DNA of 63,725 nt, filler included, from Octopus bimaculoides (Eukaryota), in NCBI RefSeq assembly GCF_001194135.2. It is 4 parts of 4 records of this genome, joined end to end, with 100 filler letters (N's around TTAATTAATTAA, not from the genome) between each part and the next. Parts side by side here need not be neighbours in the genome. Positions count along the whole stretch, not along the records: positions 1 to 28,400 come from NC_068986.1; 3 more parts are not named here. One strand, written 5' to 3'. A program made the position numbers and the translations under genes. Under the pieces are notes generated by a model. That model did not search any database and was not told the origin of the DNA. It saw only the letters and a program-made list of their open reading frames with translations. Positions 12,706-25,200 of the stretch are shown piece after piece. Numbering within the stretch: the stretch's first letter is position 1; each line of letters starts with the position of its first letter.

Positions 12706-13417
12706 CTGCTTAGGATTGATATAAATACCACATTTTATTTCTTCTCATTGAAAGGTTGTCACTTTCTATTTTGTTCACTAAGGTATCGATGTGTTCCGGT
12801 TTCAATATACTAACACTGATATTTCTCAAAAGTAGATTTTCATAATAATATGAGCATCTTGCCTCATGATATTTCTGCTTGCATAAATGTATTTTTAGGA
12901 CATCAACCCGTACTCGTAAATGCACGTTCTGATTCTTTTACTGATATTCAGGCACATACATAATTACTGAAGCACAAAGCAAGACGTAGAAACATTGCTA
13001 ATTACACTGGCTCTTCACAATTCATACCTCGAATTACTAAGTGAGACCTATCACGCAAAATAAACTATTCAAGTCATGCTAAAGAAATTTACAACTTTTC
13101 TTTTAACAATTTACAGACATAGTAAACTTTAGTTTCACCACGCGGGTTACTAATTCAACAAAATGTCAACACATTCTTTGAGCAACAATTAAATTTCAGC
13201 AAATCAGAATACGAATAATTCCAAACAAGGCAACAATAACTTTTAAAATATTCTTATGTTTCCGCGAATTGTCATTACCATGCTTCACTGCAAGTTGTAA
13301 AGCGAAATATTAAAAAGAAGTTTGTCTCAATATTTCTTATTGAAATTTCAGTGTTCGACTTCATCTTTCATTTCTGTCGGTGTTAGCATTTACAGAATGC
13401 ATACTATTATTGTTTGT

Positions 13418-13805
13418 GGAGGTGCAATGGCCCAGTGGTTAGGGCAGCGGACTCGCGTTCATAGGATCGCGGTTTCGATTCCCAGACCGGGCGCTGTGAG
13501 TGTTTATTGAGCGAAAACACCTAATGCTCCACGAAGCTCCGGCAGGGGATGATGGCGAACCTTGATGTACTCTTCCACCACAACTTTCTCTCACTCTTAC
13601 TTCCTGTTTCTGTTGTACCTGTTATTCAAAGGGCCAACCTTGTCACACTGTGTCACGCTGAATATCCCTGAGAACTACGTTAAGGGTACACCTGTCTGTG
13701 GAGTGCTCAGCCACTTGCACGTTAATTTCACGAGCAGGCTGTTCCGTTCATTTGATGAGCTGGAACCCTAGACGTCGTAATCGACGGAGTGTCAACAACA
13801 ACAAC
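13418..13805 (+). mobile_element. Full-length tRNA-derived SINE (group C)
   Basis: A-box TGGCCCAGTGG at 13428-13438, B-box-like GGTTTCGATTCC at 13471-13482, (CAA)n tail at ~13793-13804. Confidence 0.9.
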
Positions 13806-14032
13806 TGTTATTGTTTAAATTTACTGTAACCAACCGCCTTACAAAATGACTTTTTGTCTTTTGAAAATAGAACGAAGGACTTATAGTCGAACGAGATGTT
13901 AAATGATGGTGTCAGTCAAATGCAAATAAAAAAGTCATATGTTTATATATATATATATACATATATATCGTTTTATGATTTGGTTTCCAAGATTCTCTAT
14001 GTGAGTTAGTGTGTTGAGTGTTGAAGCTTATT

Positions 14033-14283
14033 TTGTTGTGTCTGGGAAGAGTCATTCTCTTTTAGTGCCTTAGTACTTAATGCACTCACCGGTTTAGTTT
14101 CCACTCATTTACTTAATTGTTTTTTCTAAAATTTTCTTTGCGTCTTGCAACGAGTATTGAAAAGTTTGCAGGGCGCAAAGAAAATTTTAGAAAAAGCAAC
14201 TGAGTAAATGAGTGGAAACTAAACCGGTGAGTGTATTAAATAATAAGGCACTAAAAGAGAATGACTCTCCCCAGACACAACAA
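14033..14283. mobile_element. Foldback/MITE: 118-bp inverted arms, 15-bp spacer
   Basis: 14033-14150 is a near-perfect reverse complement of 14166-14283. Confidence 0.9.
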
Positions 14284-14291
14284 TATCTATC

Positions 14292-14333
<42 letters not shown>

Positions 14334-14446
14334 NNNNNNNNNNNNNNNNNNNNNNNNNNNNNNNNNNNNNNNNNNNNNNNNNNNNNNNNNNNNNNNNNNN
14401 NNNNNNNNNNNNNNNNNNNNNNNNNNNNNNNNNNNNNNNNNNNNNN

Positions 14447-14489
<43 letters not shown>

Positions 14490-15598
14490 CATACATACAT
14501 ACATACATACATACATACATACGAGCATTTATTTCTGTTTCAAATCAACTCAGAAGTCTTTGGTGAGCCAGCGGCAACAGTAGGATTCACGTATCAAACT
14601 GTCTAGGTAAAGTTATAACGGAAAACTTGAACCTACAATTGTTTGTAATTAAATAATCTGGGAACGGAATGTTCCAGTGTTTTACCTTTCCGTCATATGT
14701 TACTTTCCGAACATGATATGTATGAAATCTAGGGAAACACGTAGTACTACAATATCTCAAAGGAAGTTCGTTCTTAAATTCATATAGAACTTGTGACATC
14801 GACCAATAAATTGATGTCACATTTACACAAAGACTTATGGCATATACTAATAAATTGATGCGATTTTTCTACATCTCATATATAGATAATCAAATAATAT
14901 AATTATAAAAATATAACACATACAGTGATACCAACTCAGAATAATTTTGTGTAATCATAGAATGCAGCACCATTAATCATACATTACCAGATATTTTTCT
15001 GTAATTATTAATGAATATGAATGTAAATATATGAAGACATCAGCTTGATGCAATGTCTTGATACTGGCTTTCAAAAACATTGCTTTAGGAGCTACTTTTC
15101 TCTTGATCTTTAGATATTTGTTGAGTAATATTCAAACTGAAGGAACTTCTAAGTTAATTAATAATAGGCTTTCATTTCAACAACTATCTCTCTTTCCATT
15201 ATTAATGATTGCTCTTAGCGATGACACTTGTTCTCTAGCCATTACATCAACAGAAGATTACTGCAAGTTTGTCTGCGCACGAAAAAGTGTCCATTGTTCG
15301 TTGGTCTTAGCAACAAAAAATGTCATTAGATCTTAGGTCTTTATACCAAAAGTTCCATTGTATACACATCAAAACATGGGTAACGTAAGTTAGTATTAAC
15401 TGACAATGGTCAACTACAGTTTCCATTCGAAATATAACGTATAGTAACTGTCTTCTATTTTAAAACTCAAATCTCTTAAGCATAAAACTCAACTGACATG
15501 ATATAAATTCTATAAAATTAACGAAATATCAGTGTCAGCGAAATACACTTGCTATGATGAATGTTGAACACATCAAGTATAAGCAACATATAAATAGC

Positions 15599-15820
15599 GG
15601 GCGGTGAGCTGGCAGAATCGTTAGCATGCCGGGCTTAACGGTATTTCATCTACCGTTACGTTCTGACGTCAAATTCTGACGTCAAATGCCTTCCATCCTT
15701 TCGAAGTCGATTAAATAAATTCTAGTTACGCACTGGGGTCGATGTAATCGACTTAATCCCTTTGTCTCTCCTTGTTTGTTTCCTCTATGTTTAACCCCTC
15801 GTGGGCAATAAAGGAATAAA
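15599..15820 (+). mobile_element. SINE group A
   Basis: GGCGGTGAGCTGGCAGAATCGTTAGC head; conserved body. Confidence 0.9.
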
Positions 15821-15882
15821 AATATAAAAAGATTGTACAAACAAGAAAGTATGAATGAATATACGTTAACCAAAGATTAAAG

Positions 15883-15917
<35 letters not shown>

Positions 15918-16717
15918 TAATTCTGGCATGAGAAACACAAATAGATAAATAGATAAAGGCACTGTTCTCAATATGGAGTACTGCACAACAATTATTTCCC
16001 TTTTCTCACCATGCTGTGTCACTTTACCATTCTTTCTGATCATGGTTTTATCTAAAGAAGACCAGGTTTAACGGGATTTAACTGGACCCTCCAAACTCCT
16101 GGACATATTGAATTGCAACAAATATCATTACTGAGGAACATTCTTCTACAGTCTAACCATTACTTCTCGAATGATAGAATACCCTTAGAGAGCTTTCGTT
16201 CGATACGATGCTCCAATAGCCCGGATATCCCAGAAAAAGCTGTCAGAGACGATCTTTACTATTTTGCACCATTTCATCATTCGTTATGCAACTAAATTTA
16301 TATTGAATTAAATGAAATTAAATGCTCCTGTCTTACATTGCCGAATTGCTTGTGTTTCCTCACAACTTTAACCAATACTTGCTGACTCAAACGGACGCCA
16401 CCGGTGTCTAGCCGTTTTTGAACATGACACTCAAACAACCACAACTCCAAACGTTGTTCCAGCTGGAATTTTTGTGGTACACCTACACAGCCTTGGTTTT
16501 TTCTTTTTTATCTCATTACGAAAAGTAAATCCTTATATTCACACGCACGCTGATATATGACCTACGTTGGACCCCTTATTCGCATAATCACCGAACCTGG
16601 ATCTTAACTATGGTCTATTCTTTGCACTTACTCAGCATTACCCTCTAGGTCTAATTGACACCACTACCGCTCATAACCTATATATATATAAATATAAATA
16701 TAAATATAAATATAAAT

Positions 16718-16814
16718 AGCGCAGGAGTGGCTGTGTGGTAAGTAGCTTGCTTACCAACTACATGGTTCCGGGTTCAGTCCCACTGCGTGGCACCTTGGGC
16801 AAGTGTCTTCTACT
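16718..16814 (+). mobile_element. SINE group B 5' end (rest in gap)
   Basis: GCGCAGGAGTGGCTGTGTGGTAAGTAGCTTGCTTACCAAC...GGTTCAGTCCC, nearly identical to 33416-33505. Confidence 0.9.
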
Positions 16815-17550
16815 NNNNNNNNNNNNNNNNNNNNNNNNNNNNNNNNNNNNNNNNNNNNNNNNNNNNNNNNNNNNNNNNNNNNNNNNNNNNNNNNNNNNNN
16901 NNNNNNNNNNNNNNNNNNNNNNNNNNNNNNNNNNNNNNNNNNNNNNNNNNNNNNNNNNNNNNNNNNNNNNNNNNNNNNNNNNNNNNNNNNNNNNNNNNNN
17001 NNNNNNNNNNNNNNNNNNNNNNNNNNNNNNNNNNNNNNNNNNNNNNNNNNNNNNNNNNNNNNNNNNNNNNNNNNNNNNNNNNNNNNNNNNNNNNNNNNNN
17101 NNNNNNNNNNNNNNNNNNNNNNNNNNNNNNNNNNNNNNNNNNNNNNNNNNNNNNNNNNNNNNNNNNNNNNNNNNNNNNNNNNNNNNNNNNNNNNNNNNNN
17201 NNNNNNNNNNNNNNNNNNNNNNNNNNNNNNNNNNNNNNNNNNNNNNNNNNNNNNNNNNNNNNNNNNNNNNNNNNNNNNNNNNNNNNNNNNNNNNNNNNNN
17301 NNNNNNNNNNNNNNNNNNNNNNNNNNNNNNNNNNNNNNNNNNNNNNNNNNNNNNNNNNNNNNNNNNNNNNNNNNNNNNNNNNNNNNNNNNNNNNNNNNNN
17401 NNNNNNNNNNNNNNNNNNNNNNNNNNNNNNNNNNNNNNNNNNNNNNNNNNNNNNNNNNNNNNNNNNNNNNNNNNNNNNNNNNNNNNNNNNNNNNNNNNNN
17501 NNNNNNNNNNNNNNNNNNNNNNNNNNNNNNNNNNNNNNNNNNNNNNNNNN

Positions 17551-17581
<31 letters not shown>

Positions 17582-19051
17582 TAGCCGGGTACGGTATCAC
17601 TGAGTTCACAATGTGGTAGATGTGTATATATATTTCTCCCCTCCTTCTCTCTCTCCTTCCTATTTTCATACGTATCCACCCTCTTGATTTCCCCACACCT
17701 ACATATTTTCTTCTCCACAGACTTATCCCGCATACAAACTTTTAACTTTTTCTTTATTATTTCTGCCCGATACTCTGATGCAAGGCTGAGGAAGTTCCTC
17801 TCCGATGCCTACTACCGCATATTACGTATTTTTTCTTTTTATAATTTTTGCGTAAACTGGCGTTGAAAATGGAGATGCTATAGAAACATCTGAAACTTAT
17901 AATTAAAAATGTGTTGAAGGATTTTCGTTGTTTTCTGTCGCATGCACTGACAGAATCCAAGAAGTGGTATTTGTTCAGGTTCTTTGCATCCCACTTTCCG
18001 ATATTGACTTGCTTTACTGGGAAAATAAACACAACAGCTTAGTGTTGCTGTCTGTTTTTAGGAGGAAGTGTATCTCCTTAGTAATGATCGAGTTTTTCCA
18101 TCTTGAAAGTATAGTAGGTGTAAACACTGCTAAAAGTAAATTACTGCTCTGCAAATATCCTTGTTTAGCTGTTACCAATGTTCTGTTTGGTTAGTAGAAT
18201 ATCGTACTTATAGTTAGATGTCTTATTTTAATAGATACGTATTCCCATGTTGAACTGAGTCTTCATTTATTGCTTTTATTTAACATTTAAAAGTTGAATC
18301 AGAATATAGAGTTCCTCAGCTAATCGATAGCAGCATATTTTCAACACAGAGTATAATACTGCAGACTTAACTATGGACATACCTACGGAATATTGTTAGT
18401 TCTATGTACTTTCTATTTCTAGACACACTGCCCCGGGGAGATGGAATTCATTTTATAGACATGAACTGTTTATTCACTATATACCTGCTTCTAAGTCTTT
18501 TTTCTCAAATTTCACTCTATGTTTGTTCTTAAAGTTTTCTAATGAAATGAACGGCAGGCAGGTCAGTAACCACAAGTTATGCAGTAGCTACATAATCGAT
18601 GAAATCGATGCATTTAATTATTCATTTATGAAATAATATCTCTTGTAGTTTCTTCAAATGGAATATTGAAATCCAGTAACAAAGTGAGGGCGTATATCAG
18701 TTTCAAACATGTTTTAATACTGCAAATGCGGGTACTCTCGTTGAAACAAAGTTTTTTCTCTATATTTTACAGAACAGAGGGAATATTTAAAGTTAATGGC
18801 AGTACGCATGTGGATTACGTTTAACATATCTTCATGGTTTTGGCTGAATTATTTACATCCACCCGCTGAAGCTAAATACTTTTCACATTTTTTTTTGTAA
18901 TCAACTATTCATAGGTATCTACTCCCCAATACATCTTTAGCTACTGAAATACATTGGCAGTAGACGGTTTATGGATGTATGTTTACCATAAAATAGGCTG
19001 AAATAATTTACTAAACATTTATACATTTACACGCACACATCATATATATAT

Positions 19052-19108
<57 letters not shown>
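19052..19108. repeat. (GATA)n microsatellite
   Basis: Read directly. Confidence 0.95.
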
Positions 19109-19109
<1 letters not shown>

Positions 19110-20254
19110 ATTCATGAGATTATTGTGAGTCTCATGAGTTTCATTTTCTGTCTGTACAAACACGTAGGAATTCCTTAAGTAAATCCCAGAGCATACGCAT
19201 CCCTACTGTTGATAACATCAGGTAGATAAAAAAAAGTGTGCGAGCTTTACACAATATTGTATAAGGTGTCTACCCAAATATAGATTCTGGGGTATGTTTT
19301 GATATCATTATGACTCCTCAACTAAACAGAATATTTATCGATTATTACGAGAAGTAATATGACGTGAGATTACAAATGATATGAGTGAAAAAACACACTG
19401 GCAAAATGACTGAATATCTCAAGTAAGTAATGAAAAAGCGCCTTCTGCAAGGAAACACTAGTAAGTTGGTGTCATTTTGCATGAAGGCAATTATGGTAAA
19501 TTAAAAGTGCATCTATAATGAAGAGAAAATAATTATTAATTCTGGTTAAGAAGGCTTGGAGTGAAAACCTCCGATATTTATATTAATTGAAATTGATTAG
19601 AAATTAAGTGTGAGTGAGTTGTGGGGTGTAAATCTGGTGTTGTCTCCCTTGACTCTTTTGACTAGAATTAGCAATTAAGCTAATTGTTTATCTGTCCTGG
19701 CTGCGATGTTAATTTTAATTAGATAAACGATTACTGAGTCACTCTATTACGTCAACATCGACTGTGTTCGTAGCTATGTATCACGTACCCACCGCCGATA
19801 ATTATTTGACATTTATGTTGTATCTGAGCAAAATTACAACCTACATATTTACGTTGATAATTAAATACATCTGTGAAATTATAACCAAGTAAGTGCTTCC
19901 AGTCTTTCAAATTGAAATCTAATTTCTAATATTCCTTTATTGGTATAAACATCATCAGTTCCATTACTTGAGTTTACTAATTTTGTTTTCAAGTAGCTAG
20001 ATTAATATACACAACCGATTTAGAAATATGATGAAATGCATGCGTCACATTTATGAAGGAAATTGATAATTACATAGGAAATATTATCGTTACAGTTTCA
20101 ATATTTGTTTTCAATTATAGCAAAATAAATATTACAAATACAAACATTATTTTGATTATAAACTACACAGGAGTGAGACCATGCTAAGTTCACGCACTTT
20201 TCTGTTGCACCAGCTGTGTAATTGGTTTTATTCGAACCGACAATCAACTATTAA

Positions 20255-20292
20255 TAATATTGATGATGATGATGATAATGATAATAATATTG

Positions 20293-20371
<79 letters not shown>

Positions 20372-20375
20372 TAAT
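20255..20375. repeat. (GAT)n/(AAT)n microsatellite
   Basis: Read directly. Confidence 0.95.
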
Positions 20376-21167
20376 ATAGAAATGTATATGATCATAATAT
20401 TCATACTAAAACTATCAGCAGAATTATCTGTAATATTAACGTTTGCAATAATTATATTTTCACGCTACTAAATTGATTATAACACCTGGCATAAGAATGA
20501 CTGAGACTGGAATTAAAATAAATAGTATTCCTATTTCATATATTTCTCGAAGGGATTTGGATATTATGAAAAGTTGTAAAGAATATGAAGTGTTTTATTT
20601 TCTGCCCAGCTAAAATCAATTTGACGTACAAATAAAATGAGATTTTGAAAGTTTTCATTACATGTGTATTATTTCCGGTGCAACATTATTATCACCTTCT
20701 TTTTCCATGTATTTCTCTTCCGCTTCATTTATTGAGGTTGATGTAGTTCATAATCAGAATGTATTTAAATGTTAAATAAAATTTGAAGAATTGTGCTTAG
20801 AGCAAAAGAAACTTTTTCTATTGTATTATTTCTGGAGTATCTGTGCTTCACTTGAATTTTCTTTTCTATTTTGATAAATACTATTGTCTTTTATGAAATG
20901 ATTTACTGTGAACTCATCAACAAGAAAACATCTGCAAACATGTTACCAATAACTGAATAATATATGTATTCACTAATATTCACAGGGTCTGTTCATGAAT
21001 ATTTAAGACTTCTTTTGTGATAGCATTGTGAAATGAACTCTATTATGGTGTTTGAAATGTACTAAACAACACTGAGGGTAAGTAGGCTTTCCTGGCAAAG
21101 AGAGTATTTACATATACGTGTCACATGTTTGGCGTTATTAGAAGATGGAGGGACATAATTTCTGCAA

Positions 21168-21379
21168 TATCGGTTTCAAATTCTGACACAAATCAACAAC
21201 TGCAGGAGGCGCGTAAGTTGATTATGTTGACTCTGGTGATCAACTAGTACTTATTTTATCGACCCCGAAAGGGATTAACAAAGTCGATTTCGGTGAAATT
21301 TGAACTCAGAACGTAAAGACGAACGAAATGCCGCTAAGCAATTTCCCGGTGTGATAACGACTCTGTCAGCTTGGCGCCT
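21168..21379 (-). mobile_element. SINE group A
   Basis: Reverse-complement homology (ATTTGAACTCAGAACGTAAAGAC...). Confidence 0.85.
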
Positions 21380-22249
21380 TAAATTTGTCCAGTCTTAAAA
21401 GGTTAGTAATGACTGTTTGAGTACAGTTGACCTTTATGTCTACAGAAAATATTTTGACGAAAGTTGATAATCAGGGAATCATATATACGGTTTTTGAGTT
21501 TAAAGAGTAAACGTAAAAATGTCGTTCAATAAACAATCGGTATATTGCTAATGACCTAGGAATCGTCTTTCAGTCATGTGAAAACATGTTAAGTACAGAC
21601 TTTACATGCGTCGACATGTCAGAACAATTTCTTTGAAGTGCATTCACCAAAAGCTTTATTACTGAAAATTGCTAGGATCTACGGGAAAGCTGAAAGTAGT
21701 ATAGACGTGATTATTCCTGGAGATGATTCACTTTCATTTGAAACATCACTTCAATCGCGATGTTCGACATTACAATAAAACTTATACGTGAAGAGTTATG
21801 ATTAATGTAAAGATAATATCATTCATGCCTGGTGATGCTTTAGCTATTTCACAAAAAATGTTTGTAATATAAATCAAGAATTTTATATAAAGCATGTACG
21901 CACAGACCCTGTGTGCGTACATGCGTGTTTAAACAGGAGTATTAATTTGGGCAAGTATTTATAAACATATAGCTAAAGTGGTTTAAATATCTTGGCAATG
22001 TCTGACCATAATCACTGGTGTCATTGTTCTAATCTGGATTTACGTCAATACCTGATCGGTGTAGAAAATGTGAGGAACATTTCTTCGATATTATTCTTGA
22101 TATTATTGTTACACCTAAGACTTTGCTGAAAAGATTATCCGACAGTTACTTAGAAGCTTCTATCATTGACATTAAAAGAAGTATTATTTATTTTAGTACG
22201 GATAATTTTTCAGTCAACATTATGATTGTTCGAACATTTCTGAATATTG

Positions 22250-22466
22250 ATATAATCTTTCCTACTCTAGGCACGTGATCCAAATTTCTTTTGGGGAGGG
22301 AACCAGTCGATTAGATCAACCCCACTACGCAACTGGTACTTAATTTATCGACCTCGAAAGGATCAAAGGCTTAGTCGACATCGGCGGAATTTGAACTCAG
22401 AACATAAAGACAGACGAAATACCGCCAAGCATTTCGCCCGGCGTGCTAACGATTCTGCCAGCTCGG
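22250..22466 (-). mobile_element. SINE group A, well preserved
   Basis: Ends GCGTGCTAACGATTCTGCCAGCTCG, the reverse complement of the head. Confidence 0.9.
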
Positions 22467-22554
22467 TGCATTTTTAATAGTGATATAACGATTAAATTAT
22501 GTTCCAAATGAGAGAGACATACAGCATTATCGTTTGAAATCAGCAATGAATGAA

Positions 22555-22650
22555 AGCGACCACAGGGCTAAGTCGATTAAACAGACCCCAATACTCAAAT
22601 GGTACCTACTTGATCGATTCCGAAAGAATGAGAAACAAAGTCGACCATGA
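22555..22650 (-). mobile_element. SINE group A partial
   Basis: AGTCGATTAAACAGACCCC...AAAGTCGACC body fragment. Confidence 0.6.
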
Positions 22651-23890
22651 AATATTCTTATTATGAATATACTTACCAATTCTTCCTGAGATTTATCCAT
22701 TCGTAGAACAAATAAGTACCTGCCATCTTAGTATATGCTCTATCAATAGATTTTCTAATTACTTGGCATTTAAAGATCATTCAAGCAAAAACAATATACG
22801 TATGTAATTTCGTTTGAATTATTGCCAGTGTTTTCATTTTCATTGTATGTTTATTCGTCTTCTGCGCACAAATTTGAAGCAGGTTCTAATCAGAATGAGT
22901 TAATTATCAAAATTAAGATTGAGAAAAATTTGCTCTGAGGAAAAGTTTGGCTTTCTTGAATATTTTATTGTTGAGGTATTAGTACGTTACGTAAAATTTC
23001 TGAGACAAAAACACGAGATATTCCTTACGAATGGATATTTGGTAATGAAAAATAAAAGTGATACTGAAATTAGTGACACAGAAACCATATATATATATAT
23101 ATATACACAAACACACACACACACAAACATTCTTAAGAGATTTCGGTTATCATGACATTCACAATGTATCTGGAAAGCAATTGTGAAGCGTAGAAGTCAA
23201 ACAGGATTCGCAACGAAAATAAACTAGAAATCTTGATTCGAGCAAAATTACTTCAGCAAACTGCCATGGCAATATTCCATCTTTCATTACAATGGTATAC
23301 TTTGCAAAATTGAGTAGTTCTCTAGGCTTCGTGAATGGACATAATTTCTTACGTTAACCATATTATTAACAATGACAATATCTTACATAATAATACTTAC
23401 TTTCCAGCGAGGAAAGTTATTTATTCAGTGAGAGAAATAATGATACAAACTGGCAGGTCAGACGAATCGTGATGGGAGAAATTTCCTTAAATTATACAGA
23501 CAGTCATTAAGAGAATATCTGTATTTTATATATTCATAACGATCTACAATACAAAACAAACGCCACAAGACAAATAAGCAAAACATTTGGAAACTTAGTC
23601 TAAATCGTATGATCATACAAAGATGCAAGAATAATTCAGAGAGAGAAAGTCACAATACTGTCATTAAACAGTGAGAGCTAATGGACTATTCGTAAATAAT
23701 ATCTAAAAATCACACACACCACACACACACACACACACAAACACACACTACACACCACACACTCACACACTTACACACTTACACACACACGCTTTTATAT
23801 TCATACATAAATATACATATACATGTATACCGATACGTGTGTTTGTGCGTGCGTTCGTTCGCGTGTGTACGTATGTGTGTACGTGTGTGT

Positions 23891-23934
<44 letters not shown>

Positions 23935-24299
23935 TTAGATAGATAAATATTAGAATTGAAAATCTAATTTATAACAGCCGTCAAGAACGGAAATGTGAAT
24001 AAAAGTAACTGACTCTATGACATGTAACAAACTGCAAATCATTGAGACTAAAAGCAAATTGGATGAAATTATATATATACATGCACACACACATGTATGT
24101 ATATATATATGTGTGTGTGTGTGCTTATACAAACACACGCACGTTTACACACTTAAACACGCACACACGGTATATTATATTGAGTTATATTGAATATACA
24201 GAACGATGAAAAAATCAACTTCAGAAACAAAATTAAGAGGAAGCTAATGCTTTTTAGTATAACATTAGTTTACATCATCATTATCATCAATAGGACTAA

Positions 24300-25021
24300 T
24301 AACATTATTATTATTATTTATTATTTATTATTATTATGTTTTTTTTATTATCATTATTATTATTATTATTTTTATTGTCATTGTTATTATATGTTTGACT
24401 TTTGCCGTGTATTTGTACAAATTGACTCCAAGTCTCACCCAGAGACCTCAAGAGACAACGAGTTAGAAGTTCATGTTGGTGTTATGCCTAGGGCGTCATA
24501 GTTTTTGCATATAGTATTGTCCTAGAGAATGTTTAAGAAAACAAGAAAATTATGACTTTGTTTTAAAATGTGAGATTACATAAACAGTATTATACGTAGG
24601 ATGTGGGCAGTTCCCATGAGCGCTATCTTTTGGATTTCTGCTATTAGGAGTATCCTGTTATCTGAGCTAGGTAGGAATCAGACCCTTTTGCTATCATTCC
24701 TCGGGCACCTATGACAATAGGTATTGTTTTAGTCTTGAGGCTCCACATTTTGCCAATTTCTATTTCAAGATCTTTATACTTGCTCAGTTTTTGGTAGGTC
24801 TTGACAGATACATTTATGTCGGTTGGGACAGTCATATCAATGAGTAGGCATGATTTTTGTCTAAAGTCTTTCAGTATGGTGTCTGGCCTATTTGCATCTA
24901 TCGTTCCGTCAGTTTGAATGGTGAAGTTCCAGAGGAGTGCGATGTAATCATTTTCAAGCACTGGAGCTGGTTTGTGTTCCCACTAGTTTTTATCATGAGG
25001 TACATCCAGCTCCGTGCAAAT
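24300..25021 (-). mobile_element. 5'-truncated RLE LINE (second subfamily) with (TAA)n-like tail
   Basis: ORF 24644-24961 LLWNFTIQTDGTIDANRPDT...LLIDMTVPTD...KLSKYKDL is a PD-(D/E)xK endonuclease; the 5' junction abuts (TAA)n/(TGA)n. Confidence 0.92.

Positions 25022-25200
<179 letters not shown>

Noticed and set aside
13418-13490. tRNA gene (also the heads at 47218, 56977, 61452)
   Set aside because: A/B boxes are present but there is no full cloverleaf or terminator, and they continue into SINE bodies.
18772-18830. Exon encoding TEGIFKVNGS (RhoGAP- or cadherin-like)
   Set aside because: In-frame stop follows, the donor is weak and the catalytic Arg is absent; likely chance.
20986-21077. 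Exon with branch point, AG and perfect GTAAGT donor
   Set aside because: Stops in all three frames; could only be non-coding and cannot be supported without RNA data.
23401-23543. Minus-strand exon with strong acceptor and GTAAGT donor
   Set aside because: All three frames contain stops.
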